Of a DNA stretch of 64,000 nt, positions 1-12,120 are shown in pieces. Location of the stretch: assembly GCA_951406725.2 (NCBI GenBank), contig OX597819.1, positions 77,934,001 through 77,998,000 of the forward strand. The letters are read 5' to 3'. The notes under the pieces were generated by a model. The model saw nothing but the letters and a program-made list of their open reading frames with translations. It was not told where the DNA came from and searched no databases. Made by a program: the position numbers and the translations under genes. The number at the start of each line of letters is the position of its first letter. Positions within the stretch are counted from its first letter, which is position 1. The stretch comes from Octopus vulgaris. Its lineage: Eukaryota.

Positions 1-143
1 AAAATAAGGAAGGAGCGATTAAGCTAGGAAATGTGAAAGAGGGAGAGGGGGAGGAGGTGGAGAGAGAGAGAGAGGAAAACGGAGAGAGAAGGGGAGAAAG
101 ACAGAAAAAGAAGGAAGGATGACAAGTGTGACGTGGTATACGA

Positions 144-550
144 AAGAAGAAGAAGAAGAAGAAGAAGAAGAAGAAGAAGAAGAAGAAGAAGAAGAAGAAG
201 AAGAAGAAGAAGAAGAAGAAGAAGAAGAAGAAGAAGAAGAAGAAGAAGAAGAAGAAGAAGAAGAAGAAGAAGAAGAAGAAGAAGAAGAAGAAGAAGAAGA
301 AGAAGAAATAGAAGAAGAAGAAGAAGAAGAAGAAGAAGAAGAAAAAGAAGAAGAAATAGAAGAAGAAGAAGAAGAAGAAGAAGAAGAAGAAAAGAAGAAG
401 AAGAAAAGAAGAAGAAGAAGAAGAAGAAGAAGAAGAAGAAGAAGAAGAAGAAGAAGAAGAAGAAGAAGAAGAAGAAGAAGAAGAAGAAGAAGAAGAAGAA
501 GAAGAAGAAGAAGAAGAAGAAGAAGAAGAAGAAGAAGAAGAAGAAGAAGA
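144..550 (+). repeat. (GAA)n microsatellite, ~400 bp
   Basis: Near-perfect GAA run; explains the poly-E/poly-R/poly-K ORFs at 119-633. Confidence 0.99.
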
Positions 551-850
551 TTGAAGGAAAAGGAATCCGCAGTCGTGTTGTCCCGGGTTCGGTAACTATA
601 CTATATAGTCTGAGGCCGTCTAATGCTCTGTGAGTGGAATGTGGTAGGCGGCAACACGATTGACAGAAGTTCGTCCTCTGTGTGTGTGTGTGTGTTTAGT
701 TGTGTGCTTCCATAGTTATGTCTCTATAATGTATTCGAGAATATAATATCGGTAACATGTGTAATAATAAGTCTTAAATATAATTTAATTAGGGATTGAT
801 TCGATTTACAAAAACCTTAAAAGCAACGTTGAACCCCAATGACAGAAAGC

Positions 851-1000
851 TGTGGTTGTATGGTAAGAATCTTGCTTCCAAACCGCATGGTTCTGGGTTC
901 AGTTCCACAGCGGTACCTCGGGCAAGTGTCTTCTACAATAGCCTCGGACCGACCAAAGCCTTATGAGTGGATTTGGTAGGCGGAAACTGAAAGAAGCCCG

Positions 1001-1003
<3 letters not shown>
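851..1003 (+). mobile_element. SINE family A, 5' half (tRNA-derived head + CORE-like segment)
   Basis: TGGTTGTATGGTAAG...GGTTCAGTTCC...CCTCGGGCAAGTGTCTTCTAC...GGAAACTGAAAGAAGCCCGTCG matches the full copies at 50803-51260 and 27316-27730. Confidence 0.9.
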
Positions 1004-1044
<41 letters not shown>

Positions 1045-1046
<2 letters not shown>

Positions 1047-1325
1047 AAAGTTAATCCAAACATGAACAAAGAGAAAGAAAAAACACAACAACGCGAGGAC
1101 GCGGAACAAGTATAGTGTTATTGGAAGCTCAGGAAAGGAAAGAAAGAACGAGAACGTTTCGAGCGGAGCTCTTCGTCAGAAATATAGAAGAGAGGAAAGT
1201 CCAAGGAAGGGAAGACGGAGAAAGAAAATCGCCGACGATACACACGCTGTCACATATTGAAGTGAGCGAAAGGAAACGGGTGAAGAAAAAGTTCTTTCAA
1301 AGACAGGAGAGTGCAAGAGAAGGAG
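1045..1325 (-). mobile_element. Penelope-like terminal fragment with hammerhead-like core
   Basis: Minus strand ~1154-1179 reads CTGACGA-A-GAGC-TCC-GCTC-GAAACGT; a related fragment lies at ~36877-36980. Confidence 0.6.
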
Positions 1326-1328
1326 GTA

Positions 1329-1369
<41 letters not shown>

Positions 1370-1656
1370 GCATGTATGCATGTATGTATGTATGTATATA
1401 ATCTTATTTGGAAATGGATGCATGGCGTTCAATCATATAATAATATAAATAATATATATATACATAGGACAGCAGACAACTGATGAAGGGGCGTTTTTTA
1501 TGTTATTTGTCTTGTTTCCTATTTGTCTCTCTCGTTCTTTGCGTACCCAACGTTATTATCGTATTTCTTGTTGTTTACGTTTTGTGACGTCCTGTACCCA
1601 TATAGGCATACCTATATACATACTTATGTATGTATGTAAATATGTGTATGAATATA

Positions 1657-1693
<37 letters not shown>

Positions 1694-1695
<2 letters not shown>

Positions 1696-1790
1696 CAACG
1701 GACCGGCGCCCCGTCCAGGCGGTGAACCTATACGCCAAGGAAACCGGGAAACCGGCCCTATGAGCCAGGCATGGCTCGAGAAGGAACAAA
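1694..1790 (+). mobile_element. SINE family C/D 3' fragment (Meta-domain-like)
   Basis: TGCAACGGACCGGCGCCCCGTCCAGG...GAAACCGGGAAACCGG matches the minus-strand copies at 41930-42105 and 44870-45112. Confidence 0.7.
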
Positions 1791-1862
1791 CATATATATA
1801 TATATTTATGCGTGTGTGTGTATACATATACATGTATGTATATATACACATATATGTATGTG

Positions 1863-1946
<84 letters not shown>

Positions 1947-2099
1947 TGTTATTTATATTATTTGATTGAATGCCACGCATCCATTTCAAAGTAAGTTTTA
2001 TCTTAATATATTTGATGCGTTTCTTTCCTCTACCATTCCCCACCTCTCTCTCTCTCTCTCTCTTTCGTTTTCTCTCTCATCCTTTCTCCAATTCGTTTT

Positions 2100-2708
2100 T
2101 TCTCCCCTTCACCGTTTTCTATCTGTCTCTCGTTGCTCACACTTGACCATCGTCCATCTTTCCTTTCCTCACATGATCATCTTTCTTTTCCTTCAGTCTG
2201 TTGTGCGGTCCAGACGCATTCCTATCTGTCTCCTCTCCAAGCTTTTCTCTTATCAAAGAATCTTCTTCCAGCGTTCGCTGCCTTACCTCATCTGAGCCTA
2301 ACGGCCCTCCCTCTTTGTGTTCGTTTGGTTTGGTTTATTGTATGTCTTGTTTTTTTTCTTTTACTGCAAATCCCAAATTTTATTTTGATTTGCGAGATTA
2401 ACTGCCTTCAAAGTCTTATCTTGTCGTTCATTGCTCGAAATAAGGAGTAGGACAACCGACAACTGATGAAGAGCCATTTTTATGTTACTCGTCTTGTTCT
2501 TCATTTGTCTATCTCGTTCTTTGCGTAACCCAACGTTATTTTCGTATTTCCAGTTGTTTATGTTTTGTGACGTCCCATATATCCATATATGCATGCATAC
2601 TTATATGCATACTGATGTATGTATGTACATATATATATATATTATTTGATTGAACGCCATGCATCCATTTCAAGGTAAGTTTTATATAAGTACATACTCA
2701 CATATATA

Positions 2709-2757
<49 letters not shown>

Positions 2758-3223
2758 CATATATGGGTACAGGACACCACAAAACGTAAACAACATGAGA
2801 TACGAAAACAACATGAAATACGAAGGCAAATAGAAAACAAGACAAGTAACATAAAAACGACCCTTCATCAATTGTCGGCCGTTTATCTACTCCACATTTC
2901 GAGCAATTCACGACAATATGTGCCTTCGAGAAAACAGGTACTCCCGCGCGAACCAAAATAAAATTTAGGTTTTGCGGGAGTGGGGTAACAAAAACAGGAC
3001 AGTGAGAACAAACAGTGTGGGCTGCTAAGCAGACGAGGTGAGGTGGCGAACGCTGGAAGAACATTCTTTGATAGGAGAAAAGATAGGAGAAGAGACAGAC
3101 AAGTTGCGTTTGGTATGACGATAGACCGACAGAAAAGATGATCATGTGAAGAAAAGAAAGATGGACGATGGTCACGTGTGAGCAACGAGAGAGTAAAGGA
3201 AGAAGAGGGAAAGAGGGAGAGGG

Positions 3224-3230
<7 letters not shown>
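2100..3230. repeat. Diverged inverted repeat (arms ~2100-2600 and ~2755-3230)
   Basis: ORFs 1966..2295(+) and 2642..3229(-) give nearly the same peptide (SRCSH.TIVHLSF.HMIIF...LFSYQR.FFQRS). Sub-modules recur at 1401-1620 and 1958-1996. Confidence 0.85.
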
Positions 3231-3269
<39 letters not shown>

Positions 3270-3297
3270 ATATATATGTATGTATATACTTATGTGT

Positions 3298-3420
3298 GTG
3301 CGTCATTGTGTCCGTGTTGTCCCCTACCATCACTTGACAACAGATGTTGGTGTGTTTACGACCCCGTAACTTAGCGGTTCGGCCAATAAGCGATAGAATA
3401 AGTTCTAGGTTTACAAAGTA
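3298..3420 (+). mobile_element. SINE family A, 3' half fragment
   Basis: GTCCCCTACCATCACTTGACAACAGATGTTGGTGTGTTTACG...TAACTTAGCGGTTCGG. Confidence 0.85.
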
Positions 3421-4147
3421 TAAAAGAATATATAGAAACATATAACTAGGCATATATGTAAGTTTATGCTTATGGTCTTTGTATATGCTGTGTACAAAGG
3501 TATGCATGTAAAGAGAGGAAGAGAGAGAGAGCGGAAGACAGAAAGAGTGAGAGAAAGAGAGAGAGAGAAAATGATATTGGAAAAAGAAGACCGAAAGATG
3601 AAGAAGGAGTGAAGTTTTGTTTAAGAGAGAGGATTATAGGTAAAAGAAACAGACAGTGGTAAAAGAGGAAAAAGAAAATAGTAGTGAAAATAGGTAGTGA
3701 ACAGAAGTGAAGGCTGAAAGGAAAATGAACATAAGGCGGTGGAGGAGATGAAAAATTTGATTGGCGGAGAGTGTAGAAAATGGTGGAGGGAATAGAAAGC
3801 TGAATAAAAAAGTGAGAGTGGGAGGTAGGTAAATGTAATGAGAAAAAGAAAGAGTGGAAGGAGAGGAGACAAGAATGATAAACAGAAGAAGAAAAAGAAA
3901 GACAAAGAGATAGAGAGAGAGATAGAATGAAGAGTGAGAAATGGGAAGAAGAGAGACATGAAAAATAAAGATAATTCAAGGGAGAACCGAAAATGAATAG
4001 ACGTGCAGAAGAGAAAACTGAAAGAGAGAAAGAGAGTGAGTAACAGAGTAGGAGAGAGGTAGGATGAGGTATGTAAAACCAGTAACAGAGGAGAAAGAAA
4101 GAAAGAACATGAGAGACTTATAAGAAAGAAATGTAAAAATGTTAAAT

Positions 4148-4565
4148 GGATGTGGCTACGCGGTAAGAAGTTTGCTTCCCATCCACATGGTTCCGGGTTC
4201 AGTCCCGCTGTGTTGCACCTTGGGCAAATGTCTTCTAATTTAGTTTCGGTTTGACCAAAGCCTTGTGAGTGGATTTAGTAGACAGAAATGAAAGAAGCTC
4301 CTGTTATGTATGTATGTATGTGTTTGAGTGCGTGTTTGCGATCGTTGTCTTTGTGACTGAGTTTGTCCCCAACCACCGCTTGACAACTAGTGTTGGTGTG
4401 TTTATGACCCCGTAATGTAGCAGTTCGGCAAAAGAGAACGATGAAATAAATACCCGGCTTAAAAACAAATAAGTACTGAGGTCAATTCATTCGACTAAAA
4501 ATTCCTTCAAAGTGCATGGCAACACTCTAATGACTGAAACAAGTAATAGATATAAAAGAAAAGAA
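4148..4565 (+). mobile_element. SINE family A, full-length diverged copy
   Basis: Head, CCTTGGGCAAATGTC, internal microsatellite and the 3' TGACTGAAACAAGTAA tail are all present. Confidence 0.9.
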
Positions 4566-4975
4566 CGAAAAAGAAGACGAACGTTTAGTGAGGAGACCCA
4601 TGCTGTCGTCTGCAACGAATTATCGGCAGCTAATTGGTTGAAATAGCCTGAGAGAGAAGGTGGCAGTAGAAAGATACAGAGAATAAAACTGAAAAAATTC
4701 AGGTATCAATGAAATGTTTGATTGGAGAAAGAAAGAGGAAGAGGGGAGTGTGTAAGACAAAAAAGAAAAAGTAAGAAAGAGACAGAGAGAGAAGTTTGCA
4801 GATAAGAGGAATGAATAAGAAGGTGAGAATGAATTATAGAAGAATTTGGAGAGAAAAGAAGAGAAAGTGAAAGTGAAAGAGGAATAAGAAGAAAAAAGGG
4901 AAAACTAAGAAGGAAGTAACCAAGAATTAAAAGGACGAACAAAATAAAGAAAAAGAGAAAGAAGACGAAGAAGGC

Positions 4976-4988
4976 AATAGCAGCAGCG

Positions 4989-5086
<98 letters not shown>

Positions 5087-5099
5087 TGTAGTGGCGGCG

Positions 5100-5136
<37 letters not shown>

Positions 5137-5138
5137 TT

Positions 5139-5169
<31 letters not shown>

Positions 5170-5182
5170 CAGTAGCAGTAGT
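4976..5182 (+). repeat. (TAG)n/(CAG)n compound microsatellite
   Basis: Direct reading. Confidence 0.97.
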
Positions 5183-5273
5183 ACAAAAAGAAAAGTATAA
5201 AGGGATAAAGTGATAGTTTGGTAGGTAGGTAGGTAAGTATGCATATATATATATGTATACATACATACATACA

Positions 5274-5325
<52 letters not shown>

Positions 5326-5504
5326 TATAATGCAGATATACACATACACACACACATATATCCATACATTCATACATACATACATACATGCATGTATGTA
5401 TGAATGTATGTATGTAAAAGTCTTGCACGGGCGCTACTAACACTTAACACTTTTCGGCAATGATCATGTTCGTCTAACGAGAAGACAGCCATCATGCATG
5501 TATT

Positions 5505-5549
<45 letters not shown>

Positions 5550-5633
5550 TGACAGACAGAGATATATAGATGCAGATATATCGACATCGATATATATGTA
5601 TATGTGTTTGTGTGTGTGGGGGTATGTGTGTGT

Positions 5634-5740
<107 letters not shown>

Positions 5741-6204
5741 TTGATAGATAGATAGGATAGATAGGTACATAGGTTGGTAGGTAGGTAGGCAGGTTGGTAG
5801 GTAGGTAGGTAGATATCACTGCAGCTGGAATAGAGTTACAGAAAGAATTAGCAACACGACAGAACTCCCAGAGCAATAGAAAATGTCGGATAGAGAAAAG
5901 GTATATCTTTTGAATATATTAAGGCTCCTTCCAAAACAGGGTCCCCGGTGACCTAAGGTTTCGCATTAAGGATTGATCGTGTTCTGTTTTAACTCGTCAA
6001 GTTTCCGTAATAAAGTTAGATTACGCCAATTACAAGATTTACAGCGTTGAGAACATTTAAGATACATCAATTAGGTTTTGGTTGGTGAGAGGAAGGAAGC
6101 AAGCGTTAGCGATGACACTGTCGCCATTAACTCATCCTTCTCTCTTACTCTTCTTATTGGTCAACAGCACCAACAACACCAACGCTATCATGACTACCGC
6201 CAAT

Positions 6205-6252
6205 ATGACCATCACTACCACCACCACCACCACCACCACCACCACCACCACC

Positions 6253-6339
<87 letters not shown>

Positions 6340-6700
6340 GCTGCTGCCGCCGCTGCTAGTGTTGCTGCTAGTGTTGCTGCTACTGCAGCTGTTGCTGCTG
6401 TTGCTGCTGCTGCTACTGCTACTGCTGCTGCTAGTGCCACTGCCACCATCATCATCGTCGTCGTCATCGTCATCAATCATCGTCATTATCATCATTGCCA
6501 TCATTGTCATCGTCCCGTCGTGGTCGTAGCGTCGTCTTCGTCGTCATAGCAGTCGTTGTCGTGGTAGTGGCCGTCATTATCATTGTCGCCATCGTCGTCA
6601 TCATCATCATCATCATCATCATCTTCATCATCACTTCTTCACATTGCCGTCACCACCGCTACCGCCACCACCACTGCCGTCGCCACCACCACTTTCGCTG
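6205..6700 (+). repeat. Compound trinucleotide tract (ACC)(ACT)(GCT)(ATC/GTC)
   Basis: Direct reading; explains the poly-T/A/H ORFs. Confidence 0.95.
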
Positions 6701-7114
6701 CAAGTGGTGACGACTACCGGTCGTGATTCTTAACTCGAATAGAACTGTAAGCGTTTGATGCTAGTCTAAATGCCAGACGTCCAGTTTTGGTCTTCCGTCG
6801 ACCAAGGACTGCAGTTCCATCAAAGAGACCAGCTACAAAAAAACTTGTCTCATAAAAAGTGAGTAGACCTTTTTCACTATCCGATAATCTCTGCAGATAT
6901 TACAACTTAAGTACATGCCTGCAAGTTCAACAGCTACGACCGGCCGAGCTCTCCGCGCAGATGGTGTCGGGTGCAGACAATTTCTGACCTTCTACACGGA
7001 GCAAAAGATCAGGGCTCCAAGCATGATGGTCAGATGGCATGATGGTAGAAACGTACGCGTCCACCATACCTTTACTTAACCCATCAGAACTAGCTCTCAC
7101 TTAGAACAGTGATA

Positions 7115-7468
7115 TTATTCATATTATTTACATTCGACGGATATTTGTCCTCATCCTGTTTGTTGTTAACACAGCGTTTCGGCTGATATATCCTCCAGCC
7201 TTCTTCAGGTGTCTTGGGGAAATTTCGAACCTGGGTATTTTTCGATGTTATTATTATTATTTTTTTATACTAATAATAACATTGAAAAATACCTTAGGAA
7301 TGAGAACCCAGGTTCGAAATTTTCCCAAGACGCTTGATGAAAGGTGAAAGATATATCAACCAAAACGTTGTGTTAACAACAAGATGAGGACAAATATCCG
7401 TCGAATGTAACTAATGTAAATAATGTAAAAAATGTACATAATTCCTCATCTCTTGAATATAGAACTGA
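7115..7468. mobile_element. Palindromic hammerhead-bearing retroposon (same family as 33461-33889; tRNA head lost)
   Basis: Inverted arms around an (ATT)/(AAT) centre; flanking direct repeats AGAACAGTGATA (7103-7114) and AGAACAATGACA (7469-7480). Confidence 0.85.
7168..7213 (-). ncRNA. Minimal type-I hammerhead ribozyme motif
   Basis: Minus strand GACAC-CTGAAGA-A-GGCTG-(10 nt)-CAGCC-GAAA-CGCT-GTGTT. Stems I and II pair; the cleavage triplet is mutated in this copy (family consensus CGTT). Confidence 0.65.
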
Positions 7469-7698
7469 AGAACAATGACACCCAACCAATTTTTTGCCAA
7501 TAGACTCCTTTGATTCCTATTTTATTCAGGATGGAACGGTGGTGGTGGTGAGGGCTTCTAGCCATTCAATCTCTAAAAATTCTTTTTATACTTTTATGAT
7601 TAAATATTAGGAATTTTATAGAAAATTGTTTAAATATCTTGAGTATTGTATAAATATAACCTAGTTATTGCACATAAATTTTATTAAAATTTTATATG

Positions 7699-7954
7699 CA
7701 GGGCCGACGCCAGTAAGTGAGGGTCCCCATTAGAGAATTTACACTGCAGAAGCTGAAAATTGATGCTTTATGTTTCGAGTAGTAATGCCAATCTCAGCCA
7801 AAAAAGCGTTGAGAGCTTGAGTCTCCACCATCATCTACAATGATATACTAAATATTCATCATAGTGCCCTTCGCTTAAGCACGTGCGCATGGCCCTCTCT
7901 TGGCGCGGGGTCCAATTTGAACAAATCTGTATAACTGGCTTAAAACTAGCCCTG
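7699..7954. mobile_element. Old hAT-like MITE
   Basis: Termini CAGGGC...GCCCTG; the 8-bp flanks TTTATATG and CTTATACA match only partly. Confidence 0.45.
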
Positions 7955-8147
7955 CTTATACAAACCCCCAAAGTCCATATGGACCCCCCCAAATCATATG
8001 GAGCCTGGTTGAGAACCATTAAGATCGTTTCTGGATCATACTAGACACTTTACCATTACCTCGTTTCAGTTTCTATCTACCTGAACTAGATCTTCAGCAT
8101 CTTAAACCGCACCATCAGGCATATGACACTAGCCGGTATGGACATAA

Positions 8148-8380
8148 GGCGGCGAGCTGGCAGAAACGTTAGCGCGCCGGGCGAAATGCTTAGCGGTATT
8201 TCGTCTGCCGTTACGGTCTGAGTTCAAATTCCACCGAGGTTGACTTTGCCTTTCCTCCTTTCGGGGTCGATAAATTAAGTACCAGTTACGCACTGGGGTC
8301 GATATAATCGACTTAATCCGTTTGTCTGTCCTTGTTTGTCCTCTCTGTGTTTAGCCCCTTGTGGGTAGTAAAGAAATAGG
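8148..8380 (+). mobile_element. SINE family B, full monomer (tRNA-like head, Deu/Nin-like central domain)
   Basis: GGCGGCGAGCTGGCAGAAACGTTAG...GAGTTCAAATTCC (B box)...GACTTTGCCTTTC.TCCTTTCGGGGTCGATAAA...; many copies in the window. Confidence 0.92.
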
Positions 8381-8691
8381 TATCGATCTTCAAATAGCTT
8401 TGCTAACTCATCCTAACTCGAATCCCAAGGTGCATAACACCATATTCACAATGACATCTCTAGCTTCCGCATTAATGGCTCAAAAGACAGAATTTGCAGG
8501 AACAATGAGAGAAGACTCTCCTGACAGATCACATGTAGTCCGAAACGATTTTGGTAAGTAATTAGTTATCTAGCCATCATTCAGTGCTGCATTAGATTGA
8601 AGAGACCTGGCCTCTGGATCAAAACCGGCTACACGCACATATACATACACAAAATTATGCATATATTCTCTCACGCACACACACATATATG

Positions 8692-8825
<134 letters not shown>

Positions 8826-9048
8826 CATACATATATATATACATATATATATTAATTAATTTGGAATAAGTAATAATAAAGGGTTATTGGTGTAATTGAT
8901 AATTATTCCATATATATATATATATATATGCATATATATATATATATATATATATACATACATTCATATATATATATATATATACATACATACACATATA
9001 CACGCACATATATATATATACATATATATACATACATACATACATACA

Positions 9049-9082
<34 letters not shown>

Positions 9083-9239
9083 CATACATGCATATATATA
9101 TATATATATATATATACATAAGAGTGTTGTATAGAAATAAGTGTTGAAATCTGTGTGTATAATATAAATTTATCTGAATTTGATATTTTAAGAAGAATGA
9201 TTTAACACTGGGAAATTTCAGTCACCAAAATATTGGTGA

Positions 9240-10200
9240 CTTTCTCGGCAATGTTACTAAATCTGCAGCATCCGGTATAGTTCATGAGAGAACACAGTTT
9301 CTCATGCACACGTAGATCAGTTGTAAACAACAAATCTATTTTATTCTATGATTGACAACGAGATTTATTAACTGTCATTGTGAAATCCACTCGAACTGGA
9401 ACCTGTAATCGCATAAGGATGAATGGCAGAATGAATGTCAGAAGGTCTCGGTCTCAATCTTGGCACAACGACATGTTTTCCAGTCTGTAACAATGTGACT
9501 TTCAATCATGCATCCATGTTAATGGGTTGTTCACATTTATGTTCCATTGCAAAAGTCCATTAATCTTATTTAAAATTCGTAATAGCATTACAACACATAC
9601 CTTTTCAATGTCAAAGTATGGAAGGAGCACTCTAACTAACTTACAGCTGTTTAAGAGCTCATTCGGATAATTGTACTGACTGACCTCCTAATGGTAGGAT
9701 CGATGTCATATGCTGATAATTTTCTCATTTATAGAATCAACAACAACATTGGTTGCAGTTAGTATTGCTCCGTTTGTGAAGTTTTAACGGTCGAAAGAAT
9801 AGTAAAAAATTTGGTTTATAATTTCTATATCTTTCAGTACAATCTCAGCAGTATTTGTGAATTCACTTTAATTATCAGAGTTCTATTATTTTGCTTCTTC
9901 ACCAACATGAAACAGAAAATCTACCCCGTCACGATGCTCTCGATCTGAAGTCGTCTATTCCACAGTAAGTTTGGTTACTAGCTTCTGAAGTGAAAAATAT
10001 GACGCATAGCTATGCTATAAAAGATTTCTTTAAGAATTTCTTTAAAGAATTTCTTTAAGAATTTATGAATTGTAAGAAACGCCACGAACATACAACGCAA
10101 AAGTAAACCATTTTGCATAAGTTTGCGATAAGCGATTTCAAAAGCGTAATACATATGCATCGATACTCGTGTTGCTTCACTCTAATAAATGTCCGGAATT
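9240..10200 (-). pseudogene. Helitron Rep/Hel Pif1-family helicase fossil (stops and frameshifts)
   Basis: Manual minus-strand translation gives, in order, AFEIAYRKLMQN, YPNELLNS, HTLTLK/VVMLLRILNKINGL/CNGT, GKHVVVPRLRPRPSD, LPFILMRLQVPVRVDFTMTVNKSRCQS (~9349-9429) and VFSHELY. This matches the Helitron helicase motif order (MLLRNL..GLCNGTR, RxQFPVRLAFAMTINKSQGQ, VFSHGQLY). Confidence 0.88.
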
Positions 10201-10972
10201 AATTTTACCAGTTTACTGTTGATATCAATACTGAAAACAGAATTGTCTTTTCAATCAAAACTGAGATGTAAAAAATTAAATAACAATAGAACTACTTGTT
10301 TAGAATGAAGCAGTCCATTCGGTATATATAATACTAATAACTTATTGACCGAAACATAATTCTCATTCAAGAAAAATTCTCAGTCTTCTTTGAGACAGGT
10401 ATTGCTGCAAGAACTGAGCAAATTGCACTTCAAAAGTAATTTTGAACTGTTCTGTATCATTTAGGGAAAACTCTTTAAGTAGCAAACACATTTAAAGAAT
10501 ATCAAACAAAGATCGCTATGTAAAAACGTGGATCCGTGTTTAGTCCCCCTTCCGTGGTGGAAACTCTGTGGAAGACCGTGATATAGTTTTGCTGCTACGT
10601 ACATTTCGTCATTATGGTTGTTCGGAATTCTAATTAGATGTCCCTAGTACAGTTGGATGCTTAACTACAACGGATTATCGGGAAACGTTTTACTGCATTA
10701 TGTTACAGAGGATATAATGTAATAAAAGGATATAAACATGTGTTTATCAATATTTCTTCTAGATTTGCTCAGTATATCATAATTAGTTATACTGCTAATT
10801 ACAAGTACGTTGGCTTAACCATCGCTATACTGGAAACTGATTGAACGATGATAACCTACGTCGAGCTCTAAACTTAACAGCAACAGTTGCACATCTTACG
10901 TTATGTTTCGATGTCGCTTCATCGAAGATGCAAAGGGTAGGTTTAGCATTTTCAAATTTATAATCTTGAAAT

Positions 10973-11029
10973 ATCATGCTGATGAAGGAAATGAGTTCTA
11001 CAATTCTAATCCCGAAACGCGTAAATGAT
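10973..11029 (+). ncRNA. Type-I hammerhead motif
   Basis: ATCATG-CTGATGA-AGGA...TCCC-GAAA-CGCG-TA-AATGAT; palindromic stem III ACGCGT, GUA site. Confidence 0.6.
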
Positions 11030-11203
11030 TAATCGAAGACTGGTTGATTTGGTTATTTTTCTTCTTTTTGCCTATGTGAGTTACGAGTATTGCGGTCTGT
11101 GGAGCAATATTGTAGTTAAAAGAATTCGCGGTTTTTGACTGCTATTTCTAAATTTTCGGTATGTGGTGAAGCAACTTTTTGCTAAACCCTTATATATATA
11201 TAT

Positions 11204-11294
<91 letters not shown>

Positions 11295-11296
<2 letters not shown>

Positions 11297-11446
11297 CATA
11301 CATTCAGAATGATGCTTCAAATCAATTATTTTGAAAGGGTTCGGTTGAAAGGAGGAGAAGTAGGAGGAGGAGGAGAAGCAGGAGGAAATGACAAAAGAAC
11401 ATGTTTGCTAAATATTGAATTCTTAGCGGTCAGTTGCGATGGGTTT

Positions 11447-11496
<50 letters not shown>

Positions 11497-11915
11497 AAAT
11501 ATATATATATATATCTGTGTGGTAAGTAGCTTGCTAACCAACCACATGGTTCCGGGTTCAGTCCCACTGCGTGGCATCTTGGGCAAGTGTCTTCTGCTAT
11601 AGCTCCGGGCCGACCAATGCCTTGTGAGTGGATTTGGTAGACGGAAACTGAAAGAAGCCTGTCGTATATATGTATATATATATATATGTGTATGTGTGTT
11701 TGTGTGTCTGTGTTTGTCCCCCTAGCATTGCTTGACCACCGATGCTGGTGTGTTTATGTCCCCCGTTACTTAGCGGTTTGGCAAAAGAGACCGATAGAAT
11801 AAGTACTGGGCTTACAAAGAATAAGTCCCGGGGTCGATTTGCTCGACTAAAGGCGGTGCTCCAGCATGGCCGCAGTCAAATGACTGAAACAAGTAAAAGA
11901 GTAAAGAGTAAAGAG

Positions 11916-11947
<32 letters not shown>

Positions 11948-12120
11948 AAACCCATCGCAACTGACCGCTAAGAATTCAATATTTAGCAAACATGTTCTTT
12001 TGTCATCTCCTCCTGCTTCTCCTCCTCCTGCTTCTCCTTCTCCTCCTCCTCCTACTTGTCCTCCTTTCAACCGAACCCTTTCAAAATAATTGATTTGAAG
12101 CATCATTCTGAATGTATGAT
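11295..12120. repeat. Fold-back element, arms 11295-11450 and 11944-12120
   Basis: Near-identical inverted arms (ORFs 11309+ and 11876- give the same peptide). The loop is (TA)n plus a SINE. Confidence 0.95.
11515..11915 (+). mobile_element. SINE family A, near full-length, young
   Basis: High similarity to 50803-51260. Confidence 0.95.

Noticed and set aside
119-633. Poly-Glu/Arg/Lys ORFs
   Set aside because: Translation of a (GAA)n microsatellite.
6078-6710. Poly-T/A/H/S ORFs with a hydrophobic start
   Set aside because: Compound microsatellite; open in most frames by composition.
6720-7080. Possible RTE ORF2 3' remnant on the minus strand (LAG/HVLK, GRPK)
   Set aside because: Needs several frameshifts; too weak to call.
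8590-8635. Further hammerhead-like motifs (8597, 17535-17578, 39245, 45780-45830, 58580-58690)
   Set aside because: Two or more core positions or stems are broken; cannot be separated from chance by eye.
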